Shown here: piece after piece, positions 1 to 10,348 of the stretch
Layout: each line of letters starts with the position of its first letter
Position numbering within the stretch: position 1 is the first letter of the stretch
Assembly (NCBI GenBank): GCA_047495785.1
Contig: JBLDXI010000026.1
Span: 1,240,001-1,304,000, forward strand
Origin: Lepidodermella squamata
Lineage: Eukaryota > Animalia > Gastrotricha
Reading direction: 5' to 3'
DNA: 64,000 nt
The notes under the pieces: model-generated
What the model saw: the letters and a program-made list of their open reading frames with translations, nothing else
What the model was told of the DNA's origin: nothing
The model's database searches: none
Translations under genes and position numbers: made by a program

Positions 1-533
1 AGCGGATGATGTTATTCCGACCTCCTACATCCTGTGACATGCGTGTTTATTATCACATTTATTAACCATGGACAACACTTGCGTTGTTTGGGTGGAGGTT
101 GATATTATAACATATGCGATATTTTTTTCTTCCACGTGAGTCATTTAACGCAAATAATCAGGCTGCGCACCACAATTGCACTGTATTACTATGTCGGCAT
201 TTTTTATTGAGTTTCAACTGATTCCGAAATTTGCGAGCCTGTTTACGTTTCTCAACGAAATCCTCCGCATATAAACAGCCGGCTAGACGAACTTATCAAT
301 TTTCAGACGTATATATAATGCTATTATATTGCGGGTTTTTAGCTGACAGACGGCTAATTATTCGCTGCCAGTCGTCATCCTCCGGAACAAGACCTAAACA
401 CTCTACCTTCTGTCAACCTTATCATAATTTATATTAAAAAAATTTCCGCGTCGGATTTGATTATATCTAAATTTTCCTGATTTTTCTTCTAGACGCACCT
501 TTTAGTTTTTAAAATTTTTATCGCCTAAAAACA

Positions 534-1270
534 ATGAAAGCACTAGCGACCTGTTGCCTTGTACTCGCCGCCTTTGTGGCTTGTTACGCCGAGGATGAAG
601 ATAAAACCGAGTCGAACTTGGTTGAATCTGCCGAGCCGCAACACGAAAGCCAACTCTCCAGCGATGAATCATCGTTCGTTCCTAGCGAAGACAACTCAGC
701 AATTGATTCAGACATTGATTTGGCCGATATCTTGTAAGATTTCGAATTATTTTTAAATATTTTTTCACATTTTAATCTATTTTTAGGGAAAAACGTTTCT
801 CCTCGTCCGCGCTAGTTGATAACCTGCGGCAGCGACTACAGCAAAGCCCGCGCAGCAAGCGTTTTTCGTCCTCAGCCCTCGTCGATAACCTACGTCAGCG
901 GCTGAGTGAAAAATCGCGTAATAAGCGTTATTCCTCCTCCGCCTTGGTCGATAACTTGCGTCAAGTGTTGAGAAACAGCCAGCAGCGAACGAAGCGATTC
1001 TCATCCGGAGCTATGGTCGACAACTTGCGGCACATGTTGAATGAAAACAAACAGCGATCGAAGCGATTTTCATCCGGAGCTATGGTCGACAATTTGCGGC
1101 AATTTGTCATTCAAACTCACGGCTCGCGTTCGAAGCGCTTCTCTTCGGCTATGCTTTTCGATAATTTGCGCGAGGCGCTCGCAACTGGACGTGACATTTC
1201 GATAATTCGAGTTCACCGCGACCCGGTTAAGCGATTCGTCGACGAAGATGGACATTTGTTCGAAGAATAA
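534..1270 (+). CDS. Multi-copy neuropeptide precursor, DH44/CRF/ELH-like (exons 534-733, 787-1270; 227 aa)
   Basis: Signal peptide MKALATCCLVLAAFVACYA is followed by an acidic spacer. A GTAAGA...TTTTAG intron (734-786) joins in frame to six repeats of (F/Y)SSxxxxDNLRxxx, five of them xSSxA(L/M)VDNLR, separated by KR/RxKR convertase sites. The repeat core aligns with the LSIVNPLDVLRQRL motif of insect DH44. Confidence 0.85.
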
Positions 1271-1606
1271 TTTATTCTTTTTTTATAGTAAAAATATGAA
1301 AATTCAATAGTTCAAACGATCATGCCATTTATATTTCATTTCAATTCCATATCAGAATAATGTATCTAGTCCGTTTTGATTTTTCTATTTGGAGACAGCC
1401 AAAAAATAAACTGTGAGTAATTTATAAAACCTTCTAATTTCTTGAAAAGGAATTAGACAATTTCTTCATCAATAATAAATATTCGTAATAAGTCCAGAAT
1501 TTTTATTTTTGCCATTTCAATTTATTGTTAAATATTATTAGTGCTTTCGGCGACGCAAAAAATTAAATGTGAGAGATGAATTAATTCGTCTGTTTTTTTG
1601 GGATAG

Positions 1607-4061
1607 CTAATTACCAGGTTTCAATTTCGAGAAAAGAAAATTCAACCTAGGCCAAAACACTACGATGCTGGAAATTAGCGACAGGACTAACGAAAAACAA
1701 GACAGGAGAATGGGCATGGCTTGGCCTGAATTGTTCAAAGCAATCGAATTCGAAAAAATTTCGGCGATAAAGACGGCAGCAACGAAAATAGCGATGAAAT
1801 TGATGCAGGCCATCGAAATTAATTTAGATTCATACAAAAAATCTGATAGTATTTGGGGGCTATTAGATAGAGCTTTTAGCGCTCGAGTTGTCATTTGCAT
1901 TCCGAAAATGCGCGCAAGTCCGATGATTATCAGGAATCCATTCAAAGCTAATAGAGCGGAAATCCAGTAGATTTCGAAACCGCGAACTGATTCGCATTTG
2001 AAAGAGATAAAATCGTAGATAGTATCTTCTGTAGCGTCGTAGATAGGTTTGGGGTAAACGCGAACTTCTGATACTTTGTACCCGTCCAAAGTAAGGAAAA
2101 TAGCTAAGATACAAGAATGTATGACCAGGATTGCAATCACAAACTTGATAGCAGGGCTTTGATTACGTAGTTCAGATTCGTTCACTTCAATAGCGTCATT
2201 GGATCTAGTCCCTGCACGCGAATCTACCCTGGCAGTTTCCTCATTATTCTTCTTGCTTGTCTTAAATTTGGATGCAATCGTCTGAAATCGTGATTTTTTA
2301 TCTCGTGAAGTCAAATGCTTGTGATGTAAATCTCTAGCAAGTTTCGAATAGTGCCAGATCTGTCCGAACAGACAGGAATTCAGCAGCCCAACTCCAAGAG
2401 TTAGCATCGCTCTTTGGACATAGCAAGATGCCACTGAAAGTTGAATAGGAATGAGGTGCACAATTGCAGTTAGATTAAGAAGTAGACAAGAAACGATGAG
2501 AAGTCGTTTTACAGATCTCAACATTTCAGAATTAAACCTCACTCGACTGTCGCTTGAAGTTCCGCACTGAGCTTCAGACAGAATTGACAGCCCAATCGAT
2601 GACAGCACCATAAAGACTATGACAAAGTAAAGAAGACCATTAGGAATTGAGTCAAACGCCATAACTTTCTTTGGAAAGTCTTTTGGTGGCTCGCCATCTT
2701 CAGTAAACCATTTGACGCTGCTTATCTGGCTAATCTCGTGATTCTGAGGGTCATCTGGATCATCTACTCCTCTGTAAACAGTTTTCCCGACAGGTTTGTA
2801 AACACTTTTCTCTAGGTCGTATTGAAAGATCCATTGAGGCTCAAAGTCCAATTCCAATCTCTTCGAATACTTCAACGGACCAGCTCTGAAGGAGTTGAAC
2901 TCAACACTCGCTGCAGTTTTCCATAATACGTCTAAAACCGCTTTAGGAGACTCACTGTAGTCCTTTAAGGATAGATTAGACGCCTTAAGAGTTTTTTCAG
3001 TCTCATCAAGTGTTTGAACCGCCTGTAGCATCTGATCGAAATAGCGATGTCGGCTTTCATAATCAGGCAGTCTCGATTTGTTGGTCCTAGTGTCAAACTC
3101 CCTCTCAAAAGCAGCTCGTGAGAAGTTGAGATAATTAGCCACTCCGAAGTCAATGGGTGCGTCTTGTGAGAATCCGATCCAGAAAGACCTGCGAGCTTGA
3201 TCTAAAGCCATCGACATACTGCATTCCGGCGGTAGAATGTTCGGAGTTATAGCGGCGATAGTCGATGTCGGGAGTATGAAGATGAATCGATCCCCTGTGA
3301 TTCCACCTTTGTGAAATCCACACAAGTATCGATAGGCGTTGTTGACTGATCCAGTTTGAACAATGATTATCCGAGCATTGCTCTGAAGTATCAGTTGGGC
3401 AGCTTCTAACTCAGTCCCTCCTTCGACGACATCGAACCAAATTGGTTTCATCCCAGCTTTAAGACTGCGCTGGTAAAACGTGTTCGCAGTGTTAAAGTCG
3501 AAGTTTTGTGATGGTGAGACCATAGCGTATTTTGTCCATTTGTCCTGCATGAACCTTACTCTGGGGACTGAGACTAGTTCAACAGGCACGAAAGATGTTT
3601 TTGAACCTAGCTCGATTGCCTGTCATTGAAGGATCAGAGCAAGAATGGGGGATGTGGATCATATCGTATTGAGTGACGAGCGGGGATAGCTCCAAGCATC
3701 CTGGCGCGTAGTATGGCCCGATAAGGATAGGAGAAGGCAGTTTCTCCTCTCTTTCAAGACCCCGTAGGAAATTAACAAGCGCTGTCGGTCCATTGTTGCC
3801 GTTTCCTTCTTCGTCAGCGAATTTGGGGTCGATTTGATAATCTGGCAAAATGTCATTTTTGCTGTTTACCAGATCTGCAACAATTTGCATGGTCACGTTG
3901 CAAAAGCGCCCGTTACGGGGAGGAAAGCTTGAAAAGGGATGTAAGACTAGCATTGTCATCACATGGGATTTTCTGATTTTGGCAAATTGTCCCATCACTG
4001 CGACTTCGGGACTCAGAATAACAAAGCCAGCGATTAAAACAGGGAAAATTTTGGCAATCAT
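1607..4061 (-). pseudogene. GABA-B-like class C GPCR, copy 1, split by a frameshift at ~3585-3595
   Basis: ORFs 3579-4127 and 1607-3589 are the N- and C-terminal parts of a protein colinear with the four intact neighbours (NIFR / VPVEL versus NVFRTFIPTEL). Likely start is MIAKIFPVLIAG at 4061. Could also be an assembly error. Confidence 0.75.
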
Positions 4062-4792
4062 ATCTGTTAAAAAATCTTCAGAACTATGAGTCGAGTTGAA
4101 GCATCTTTTGCGCGGGGCGGCAGGCATCAGTATGTGTCGTAGTGATTATGTTGCTGACTTCATGAATATCGAACGTGACTTTCTGCTCCAGTTTCGATAT
4201 ACGGTGAGCTTCAGACTCTCAATTTCAGTTATTTATGTCACGCTGGACGACGTCAGGCTTCTAGAGCTAATCAGATAGGAGCAGGACTGAGAGCCAATCA
4301 CCGATTCTGTGAGAACAGTGCATTGCAATTTTGCCGAAAAATCTGTTTCAACTTTGGAAATTTGACCTGATTTGTTTCATTTTATTGAGGGTTCGCTATT
4401 AAAACAACGACGTTTACTATTAAATCCAGGTGGAATTAATGATGTAAATGACTGAGCAATTCGCGGTTCAAAGGATAACAGAAGCCAAGTGTTGCTGTAA
4501 TCACCTTGCAGTCGACATTGGTTGTCGTACTTTCAAATGCCAAAAGATGAGTGGCAATCTTTAAGTAAGAAAACTGACTTTGATCGGCTGATGATGATAA
4601 GCATGCTGCGAGGACGAAATTTCCTACTTAGAGAAATAATTAGGCATAAGGCGTGGCGTGCTGCTCGAAGATAACAAACCCATCTATTAAAGCTTCATTT
4701 TTAAGGCGGAAAGATTGCCGCGTCTTAACAAGAGGTAAGTTTTATATGCTCGAGTTTTTGACAACTTCAAATATCATAAAGCCACAATCCTG

Positions 4793-7156
4793 CTATGCTT
4801 CAGGGGCTGGAAAACAGTTTCCTCTATTACTTATCAGAAAACTGACTGCCGACCAGAACAGGATCAAACTAGTAGATATTGAAGTTAACAGAGTGATACC
4901 AGAAATTGTCACTGGAAGAGCCAGCAGGACTGTGCGACGGTCAGGAGATTGAGAAAGCAGAGTAGCAATCGATGCACCAGCCAATGTCAAGATTGTACTG
5001 TTAAATGCAACTGAAGCCATTGAATGAGCTTCTCTCAAGAAACAATCCACATTTTCGTTAACCGCAAAATGGAATGCAAGAAAGTCTGCATCTCGTTTTA
5101 GTTTACATGCTCGGAGTGACGAGAGAATCTGCGTGAATATGGTGATTAGCGCGATCGTTGAAATCCAATAAATCTCATTTCTATGCATCGAATGGCAAAC
5201 GTAAGCGTGCGTCGAGTAGTAAGTGTCGTCGAGCTCATCGTAGCGAAGCCCACCTGGCAGCTCTGTCGCAGAAACCACGTAGCGGTCAGATGTCATGGCT
5301 ACAACCAAAGTAATAACAATAATTGCCAAAAATCCGCTGGATCGCCGAAGAATGTAGAAGTAGTCATTGAGCATTACGTCGTCAAGATCTCTTCCCAACT
5401 CAGGCTTATAGCTGAAGTAAGGCCTGGCAATGAATTCAAGTCTTGAGACTTGATTGGCACAAAGTTTTATCATAATCTCCCGATAGTGATCGATGAAGCC
5501 TAATATGGCTCCAGTTAGTATCGAAAATCCCATCGTCATCAGAATCCGTTGAGCTGCACACAGTCCTGCGGTCAAATTAAAGCCTCCAGCTGCAAATGTA
5601 AGGGAGCCCAAGTTTAGTAGGATAAACGAAACTAAGAACGCTAGTTTCTCTTTTGCCATTATGATAACCGCCATACCATTATTATGCTTTAAGACCAAAG
5701 GTAGCATCCATAAGAAAATCTGAAAAAGGCAAACCGACAAGTTGATCGTAGTGATTATGATGAAAAGGATGCTGGGAATTTCGATGAATTCAGCAGCGAC
5801 TGTTGGCGCATCCTTTGGTTGCTTGTTCCAGATAACCCCGCTTAAAACCTTCAGATCGTGATTGAGGTAGTCATTCGGATCGCCAGAGCCTGTATATCTC
5901 GTCGTCGCAAATGCTCGGAAGTAACCATCGATGTATTGGTACATCGCTTGGGGTTCAAAATCGAATTCAATACGCGGGGAATATTTCATCTGTCCAACTC
6001 TAAGCCCAACAAAATGTAGGGTTTGGGCGGTGGATCTCATAACTTCCTCTACAATGGGTGAAAAAGACCTGTAATCAATGAGGGTCAGGTTTCTACTTCG
6101 AAGAAGCCTGTCGGTCTCGTTAAGCATTAGGATAGCCTGAAGGATTTGATCGTAATAGCGATGTCTGCTTTCATAATCGGGTAGGCGAGATGCTGCTGTT
6201 CTTCGGTCGAATTCTCGCTCGAATTCAGCTAAATTATATCCGATGCCAGTTGTAGGACCGTAATCCCCGGAAGCTTCTTGTGTATAACCCACCCAAAAAG
6301 CTTGTTTTACTTGTTCCATTAACACTTCCATCGTGCACTTAGGAGCTATCGAATCAGAAGTAAAGTTAATCATTGATGGACTCATTAGTATGAAAGCATA
6401 GTTTTGACCTCGAAATCCGATGGTGAACAAATTACATAGCAATCGATGAGATGTGAAAGCACTGTTTGTTCCTATAACAATAATGCGCGCTTCACTTTTC
6501 TTCAGAGCTGAGACGACCGAGTCGCTTATCATACTATCCCTCGGCTCACTTACATCGAAGCAGATTACGTCGATTCCAGCTGCAGTTGCTTTTTCATAGA
6601 AATCAGAAGATACTTTCAAATCGAAGGGGTTCGTTGAGGATAGGACTGCAACTCTTGACCAATTGCCGATTTCCTTTATGAACTTGATACGTGCTACGGA
6701 AGACAACTCAGTGGGGATGAATGTTCTGAAGACGTTCGGGTATTGCAGTCTATTGCCGGTCATAGTTGGTTCCGAACAAGAATGAGGGACATGAATCATT
6801 CGGTACTGCGCAATGATCTTCGATAACTTTAAGCAGCTAGCGCCAAAAAATGGCCCAAGAATGATCGGAGAGACGAAACTGTTTTCAGATCGCCGAATGA
6901 AGTTGACAAATCTAGCTGGTCCTAGATCTCCAGAAGCGCCCTCGTCCGCTAGTTCCAGTTTAAGGTCGTAATCGGGCAGAATATCGGATCGCCGGTTAAC
7001 TGCATCGACGACAATTTGCATTGTGACATTGCAAAATCGACCATTTCGCGGCGCGTTGTCGCTGAAGGGATGTATTACAAACAATGTCAATCGGTGGGCT
7101 TTCTTCGCTGTTGCAACTGTCGCGAACAGGAAAGTTAGTTTCACTAATAGCAGCAT
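4793..7156 (-). CDS. GABA-B-like class C GPCR (Venus flytrap + 7TM), copy 2, intronless
   Basis: Signal peptide MLLLVKLTFLFATVATA. VFT motifs VNRRSDILPDYDL and YPNVFRT, a PKD stalk, seven hydrophobic segments with a TM3 Cys and an ECL2 Cys, and no cysteine-rich domain. Confidence 0.85.
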   Translation of the reverse strand: MLLLVKLTFLFATVATAKKAHRLTLFVIHPFSDNAPRNGRFCNVTMQIVVDAVNRRSDILPDYDLKLELADEGASGDLGPARFVNFIRRSENSFVSPIILGPFFGASCLKLSKIIAQYRMIHVPHSCSEPTMTGNRLQYPNVFRTFIPTELSSVARIKFIKEIGNWSRVAVLSSTNPFDLKVSSDFYEKATAAGIDVICFDVSEPRDSMISDSVVSALKKSEARIIVIGTNSAFTSHRLLCNLFTIGFRGQNYAFILMSPSMINFTSDSIAPKCTMEVLMEQVKQAFWVGYTQEASGDYGPTTGIGYNLAEFEREFDRRTAASRLPDYESRHRYYDQILQAILMLNETDRLLRSRNLTLIDYRSFSPIVEEVMRSTAQTLHFVGLRVGQMKYSPRIEFDFEPQAMYQYIDGYFRAFATTRYTGSGDPNDYLNHDLKVLSGVIWNKQPKDAPTVAAEFIEIPSILFIIITTINLSVCLFQIFLWMLPLVLKHNNGMAVIIMAKEKLAFLVSFILLNLGSLTFAAGGFNLTAGLCAAQRILMTMGFSILTGAILGFIDHYREIMIKLCANQVSRLEFIARPYFSYKPELGRDLDDVMLNDYFYILRRSSGFLAIIVITLVVAMTSDRYVVSATELPGGLRYDELDDTYYSTHAYVCHSMHRNEIYWISTIALITIFTQILSSLRACKLKRDADFLAFHFAVNENVDCFLREAHSMASVAFNSTILTLAGASIATLLSQSPDRRTVLLALPVTISGITLLTSISTSLILFWSAVSFLISNRGNCFPAPEA

Positions 7157-7596
7157 GCAGGCTGTTTTGCGTTCTGAAAACTGAGAATCAGAGGATACAT
7201 TATTTCTGAGGTAAATTGAAGGAAAGGATTCGTCGCTACGAAAAACACGCATCAGTGTGTTTGTAGCAGGAAATGTTTTAATGGAATTAATTCTACATAT
7301 CTATGAAATGGGTCAAATATTGCTTACAGAGGAGTGTAGTGAAACGATTCTAGAGAAATAAGTTCATTACACCTAAGTATTCCTCGAGTAATCTTGGCAC
7401 AGCATGCGGCGTGATTTTTCCAGTACCGAATCTATATAGGGAGATTCGAAATTTTTGAAACTGTTTTTAAAACTCTCCCAGAAATATAGACTAATCTGCA
7501 AGATGTTTTAATAATTCCACGAAATGAAAGTTTATTTTTTCAGTCTGCTCAATTTTATTTTTACCAGGTATGACGGGATACATCATTTCAAAGTAA

Positions 7597-10053
7597 CTAG
7601 CCGCGGCTCCTGATAAACGATGTAACTGTAGACCAGGAAGTAATCAAAGTTGTTGAAAGCGAAATGCAGAGTGAATCAAAAGCGATTGTTAGCGGCAAAG
7701 CAACACCTGATCTTCGCAAACTAAGTGAGCTAGTAATAACACCAACAATTACAACCCCAGCAACAAACAATATCATAAGGTTTGCTACAACAGCTGTAGA
7801 CACATCTGACAGTTTCTTGAAGTCTCTCCACAACTGCCGTTCGCTCGGCGTTCTTCTTAGCGCAGTTCGCGTCTCGTAGGAGAAGGCTAACGCCAGACAC
7901 AGCAAAATAGCGTTGTATGCCACGATAGCTCCAACCCAATAGCTTTCGAACGATGATCCACAAAATCTTGCGGTGTATCGAATGTAGGAGTCTACACCGT
8001 CGCCATCGAACACAGCATAACGCCAACTTGTTTCCTTCACAGAGTAAGGATCGGCTGACAGCATTACGACAATCAGCATCACTGGGGTTATCAGTATGCC
8101 GAACGTTCTAATGCTTACTGCTCTGGGTTCTAGAAGTTTCTCAAGTTGGGCCTTCTGCTGTGCCAAGACTATTGCTCCTCCGTCTGGGGTAGGCGTAGTT
8201 GGGAACGGTGATATCTTCGCAAAAGGTAATCTTGCAAATGTTGACTTAAGCTTTTTCTGGCCTCTCTGAGCGGTGAAAAGTTGCGTTGCGGTGTTGAATC
8301 TGTTGACCACTGATAAGAGGGACACGACTGTCATGGTTAATCCGCAAACCATAAAGACTCTCTGAACATAGCAGATTTCTCTACTCAACATTTTAGCGTC
8401 GACGGCAAAAGCAATACAGCCTATGTTTAGCAAAATGCTAGAAATCGGAAATGTAGGCTGTGAAGCGATTAGTTTAACCGCCCAGGACTCGCTTGGGCTG
8501 TGATTTATTGAATTAGCTGATGATACCGAAAGGGCGAAAATAGACATCTGTAATGCAGAAATCGCCAGCGAAAGAATGGTAATAACAATAAAAAGCCATG
8601 CAGGAACTTCGTCAAGCAAATTTATCACCAATGGCATGTCAACTGGAACATGGCCACTACGTGTCATCCATGTAACGTCTTGAAACAGCGTCATATTGAA
8701 GTTCCTGTAATCATTCACATCACCGGCTCCACTGTAAATGATTCTGCCCACTATTTTGTGAGGATTCTGCTTTAGTCCAGTAAATTGCATGATCCATTGC
8801 GGTTCGTAATCAAGCTCCAGGCGTTGAGAATACTTAGTCTCACCAGCTCTGAGTCCAATAAATGATACATTTCCGGCTGCTGATTTCATGGCTTGTTCAA
8901 TTATAAAGGGATGAGTCATCATATCACTTATAGACATATTCATTTGCTTCAATCGTTTTTCACCTCCATCGAGGACTAATATTGCTTCCAAAATTTCGTC
9001 AAAGTATCTATGACGGGTGTCGAAGTCCGGCAAACGAGATATATTTGTGGCCAAGTCAAACCTTCTCTCGAATTCAGCTAGATCCCATCCTAATGCGGTT
9101 GGGCCAAAGTTATAAGGGGCTTCATTGATATATCCTATCCAATACGATATTCTGAATTGCTCAAGAACCATAGAAACATCGCAGTAATTAGGTAGTTGCT
9201 GGGGAACTATCAACGCCGGGTTCACAACCCCAGCCGCTATTGAGACCAGCACATACTTCTGGCCTTTGAAACCAAATTTATAGAGGCTACACAACATGGG
9301 AAGTCCGGCGCCAGCTGTGCCAGTAACAATAACTCGGGCTTCGCTTCTCCTGAGAGACTCAGCCATTTCTTCGGTGAATTCCATGTTAGTCGCAGCATCA
9401 AACCAGACAACTCGAATGCCCGAAGTCAGGGCTTTATTGACAAAATCGATGGCGATATTGAAGTCAAAGGGCGGCTGGAGGGAAGTCGCGACCGCCACAC
9501 GATTCCACCCTGCAACCTCCTTAATGAATTTGATTCTTGCGACTGACAACATATCTGCGGGAATGTAAGTCCGGAAAATGTTTGGGTACCGTTTCCTATT
9601 TGCCGTCATCGATGGGTCGGAACATCCGTGAGGAACGTGGACTAATCCGTACTTGGCTACAACAGGGGAGAACTTCAAACAGCTCCCTGCGTAGAAAGGG
9701 CCAGCTATGACCGGGGATATCCGATCTGGAATCGCTTCATTCTTTCGCATGAATTTGATCAGCTCTGTAATCCCATTAAAGCCATTATCAGATTCGTCTG
9801 CATACTCCAACTCGATTTTGTAATCAGGGAGTATATCGGATCGATTATTCACGTCATCGACGACCATTTGCATTACAATTTTACAGTATCTGCCGTTCCG
9901 AGGGAAATTACCGCTGAATGGATGGATCACAAGCAAGGACAGGTTTTTCGATTTCGATTCCAAAAGAATATTTGACCAGCCCCCCCGACATAAAATTACA
10001 GGTAAAAGATAAATCCATAAGCTCGAGAATCGCATTATCTTCTTGCTATTCAT
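7597..10053 (-). CDS. GABA-B-like class C GPCR, copy 3, intronless
   Basis: 818-aa ORF with VNNRSDILPDYKI, YPNIFRT, RLPDFDTRHRYFD and 7TM; colinear with the paralogs. Confidence 0.85.
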   Translation of the reverse strand: MNSKKIMRFSSLWIYLLPVILCRGGWSNILLESKSKNLSLLVIHPFSGNFPRNGRYCKIVMQMVVDDVNNRSDILPDYKIELEYADESDNGFNGITELIKFMRKNEAIPDRISPVIAGPFYAGSCLKFSPVVAKYGLVHVPHGCSDPSMTANRKRYPNIFRTYIPADMLSVARIKFIKEVAGWNRVAVATSLQPPFDFNIAIDFVNKALTSGIRVVWFDAATNMEFTEEMAESLRRSEARVIVTGTAGAGLPMLCSLYKFGFKGQKYVLVSIAAGVVNPALIVPQQLPNYCDVSMVLEQFRISYWIGYINEAPYNFGPTALGWDLAEFERRFDLATNISRLPDFDTRHRYFDEILEAILVLDGGEKRLKQMNMSISDMMTHPFIIEQAMKSAAGNVSFIGLRAGETKYSQRLELDYEPQWIMQFTGLKQNPHKIVGRIIYSGAGDVNDYRNFNMTLFQDVTWMTRSGHVPVDMPLVINLLDEVPAWLFIVITILSLAISALQMSIFALSVSSANSINHSPSESWAVKLIASQPTFPISSILLNIGCIAFAVDAKMLSREICYVQRVFMVCGLTMTVVSLLSVVNRFNTATQLFTAQRGQKKLKSTFARLPFAKISPFPTTPTPDGGAIVLAQQKAQLEKLLEPRAVSIRTFGILITPVMLIVVMLSADPYSVKETSWRYAVFDGDGVDSYIRYTARFCGSSFESYWVGAIVAYNAILLCLALAFSYETRTALRRTPSERQLWRDFKKLSDVSTAVVANLMILFVAGVVIVGVITSSLSLRRSGVALPLTIAFDSLCISLSTTLITSWSTVTSFIRSRG

Positions 10054-10348
10054 CCCTCAATAATCATAGGCTGACTTATGAAATCATCCTGCGGAATGTA
10101 TCTACGCCTAATATACTCTATGCCTAATTAGCTAAGAAGCTACACTGATTAGTGAACGTGACTAGATTTCAAAAGCCCACTTTCTGTATAATCGCAAAAT
10201 CTCATCGCAAGACAATCTAGGGTACACATTTCATTCATTTACTTCATAAGACCAAGCAGGAACGTGCAAAGAGATGATTTTGAGAAGATGATTACCGTGT
10301 GCACATCAAAAAGCACATCCAGCGGTTATCAATCTTGTCCAGCTGATA

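Noticed and set aside
790-1170. Regularly spaced ~66-72 nt repeats that superficially resemble a CRISPR array
   Set aside because: The repeats are in-frame, vary at synonymous positions and encode neuropeptide copies; the context is eukaryotic with no cas genes.
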